Below are positions 63,696-64,000 of a stretch of DNA of 64,000 nucleotides, piece by piece; position 1 is the stretch's first letter; each line of letters starts with the position of its first letter. The notes under the pieces were generated by a model, which was not told the origin of the DNA, made no database searches, and saw only the letters and a list, made by a program, of their open reading frames with translations. The translations under genes and the position numbers were made by a program. This DNA comes from Oopsacas minuta (Eukaryota > Animalia > Porifera). The stretch spans positions 1-64,000 of the forward strand of contig JAKMXF010000319.1 in assembly GCA_024704765.1 (NCBI GenBank), given 5' to 3'.

Positions 63696-64000
63696 CTATT
63701 AAATCAAAAGTTTAAATATTGTGAAGCAAGTATATAGGCTATGGAAATATCGTTATTGGTTTCCCCAAAAAATATCAAAATATCGGAATTTTCAATATTG
63801 AGTTTCCGATATTTCGCGATGTTTTCAGATATTTTTGATAATTTCATTATAATATCGATATATGTTGGCACGATTAATTAACGCTAGTATTTGTATGGTT
63901 TTATTTCTGGCTAATTGGCTCGATTGACTGGTGGCTCTATTACGCGGAGCCTACTGTATTAAATATTTTATATTTTCTTCCTGAACTCTTGATATTTTCA

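Overview
AT-rich, gene-dense eukaryotic DNA with GT-AG introns. The gene set is animal-like (adhesion GPCR, ephrin-like proteins, RPTP-type FN3 receptor, axonemal dynein). The compactness would fit a non-bilaterian such as a sponge, but the species cannot be established from the sequence. Genes in order: Munc13-4/BAIAP3-like (-), PSMD7, ABCB7, DENND1, TMEM164, PPP1R21, a cadherin/FN3/TSP3/HRM adhesion GPCR, a DDT-WHIM-PHD (BAZ1-like) protein, EMC6, two tandem intronless ephrin-like membrane proteins (-), a 14-FN3 RPTP-like receptor with no phosphatase domain and a triplicated three-exon cassette, a disrupted IBR/RBR gene (-), and the 3' part of DNAH1 (-). Introns carry several MITE-like and Helentron-like repeat families. 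The most interesting part is 40-57 kb: two divergent ephrin-like genes sit head-to-head with a phosphatase-less, recently expanded FN3 receptor. All alignments and counts were done by eye. Gene spans run first to last recognised coding base.
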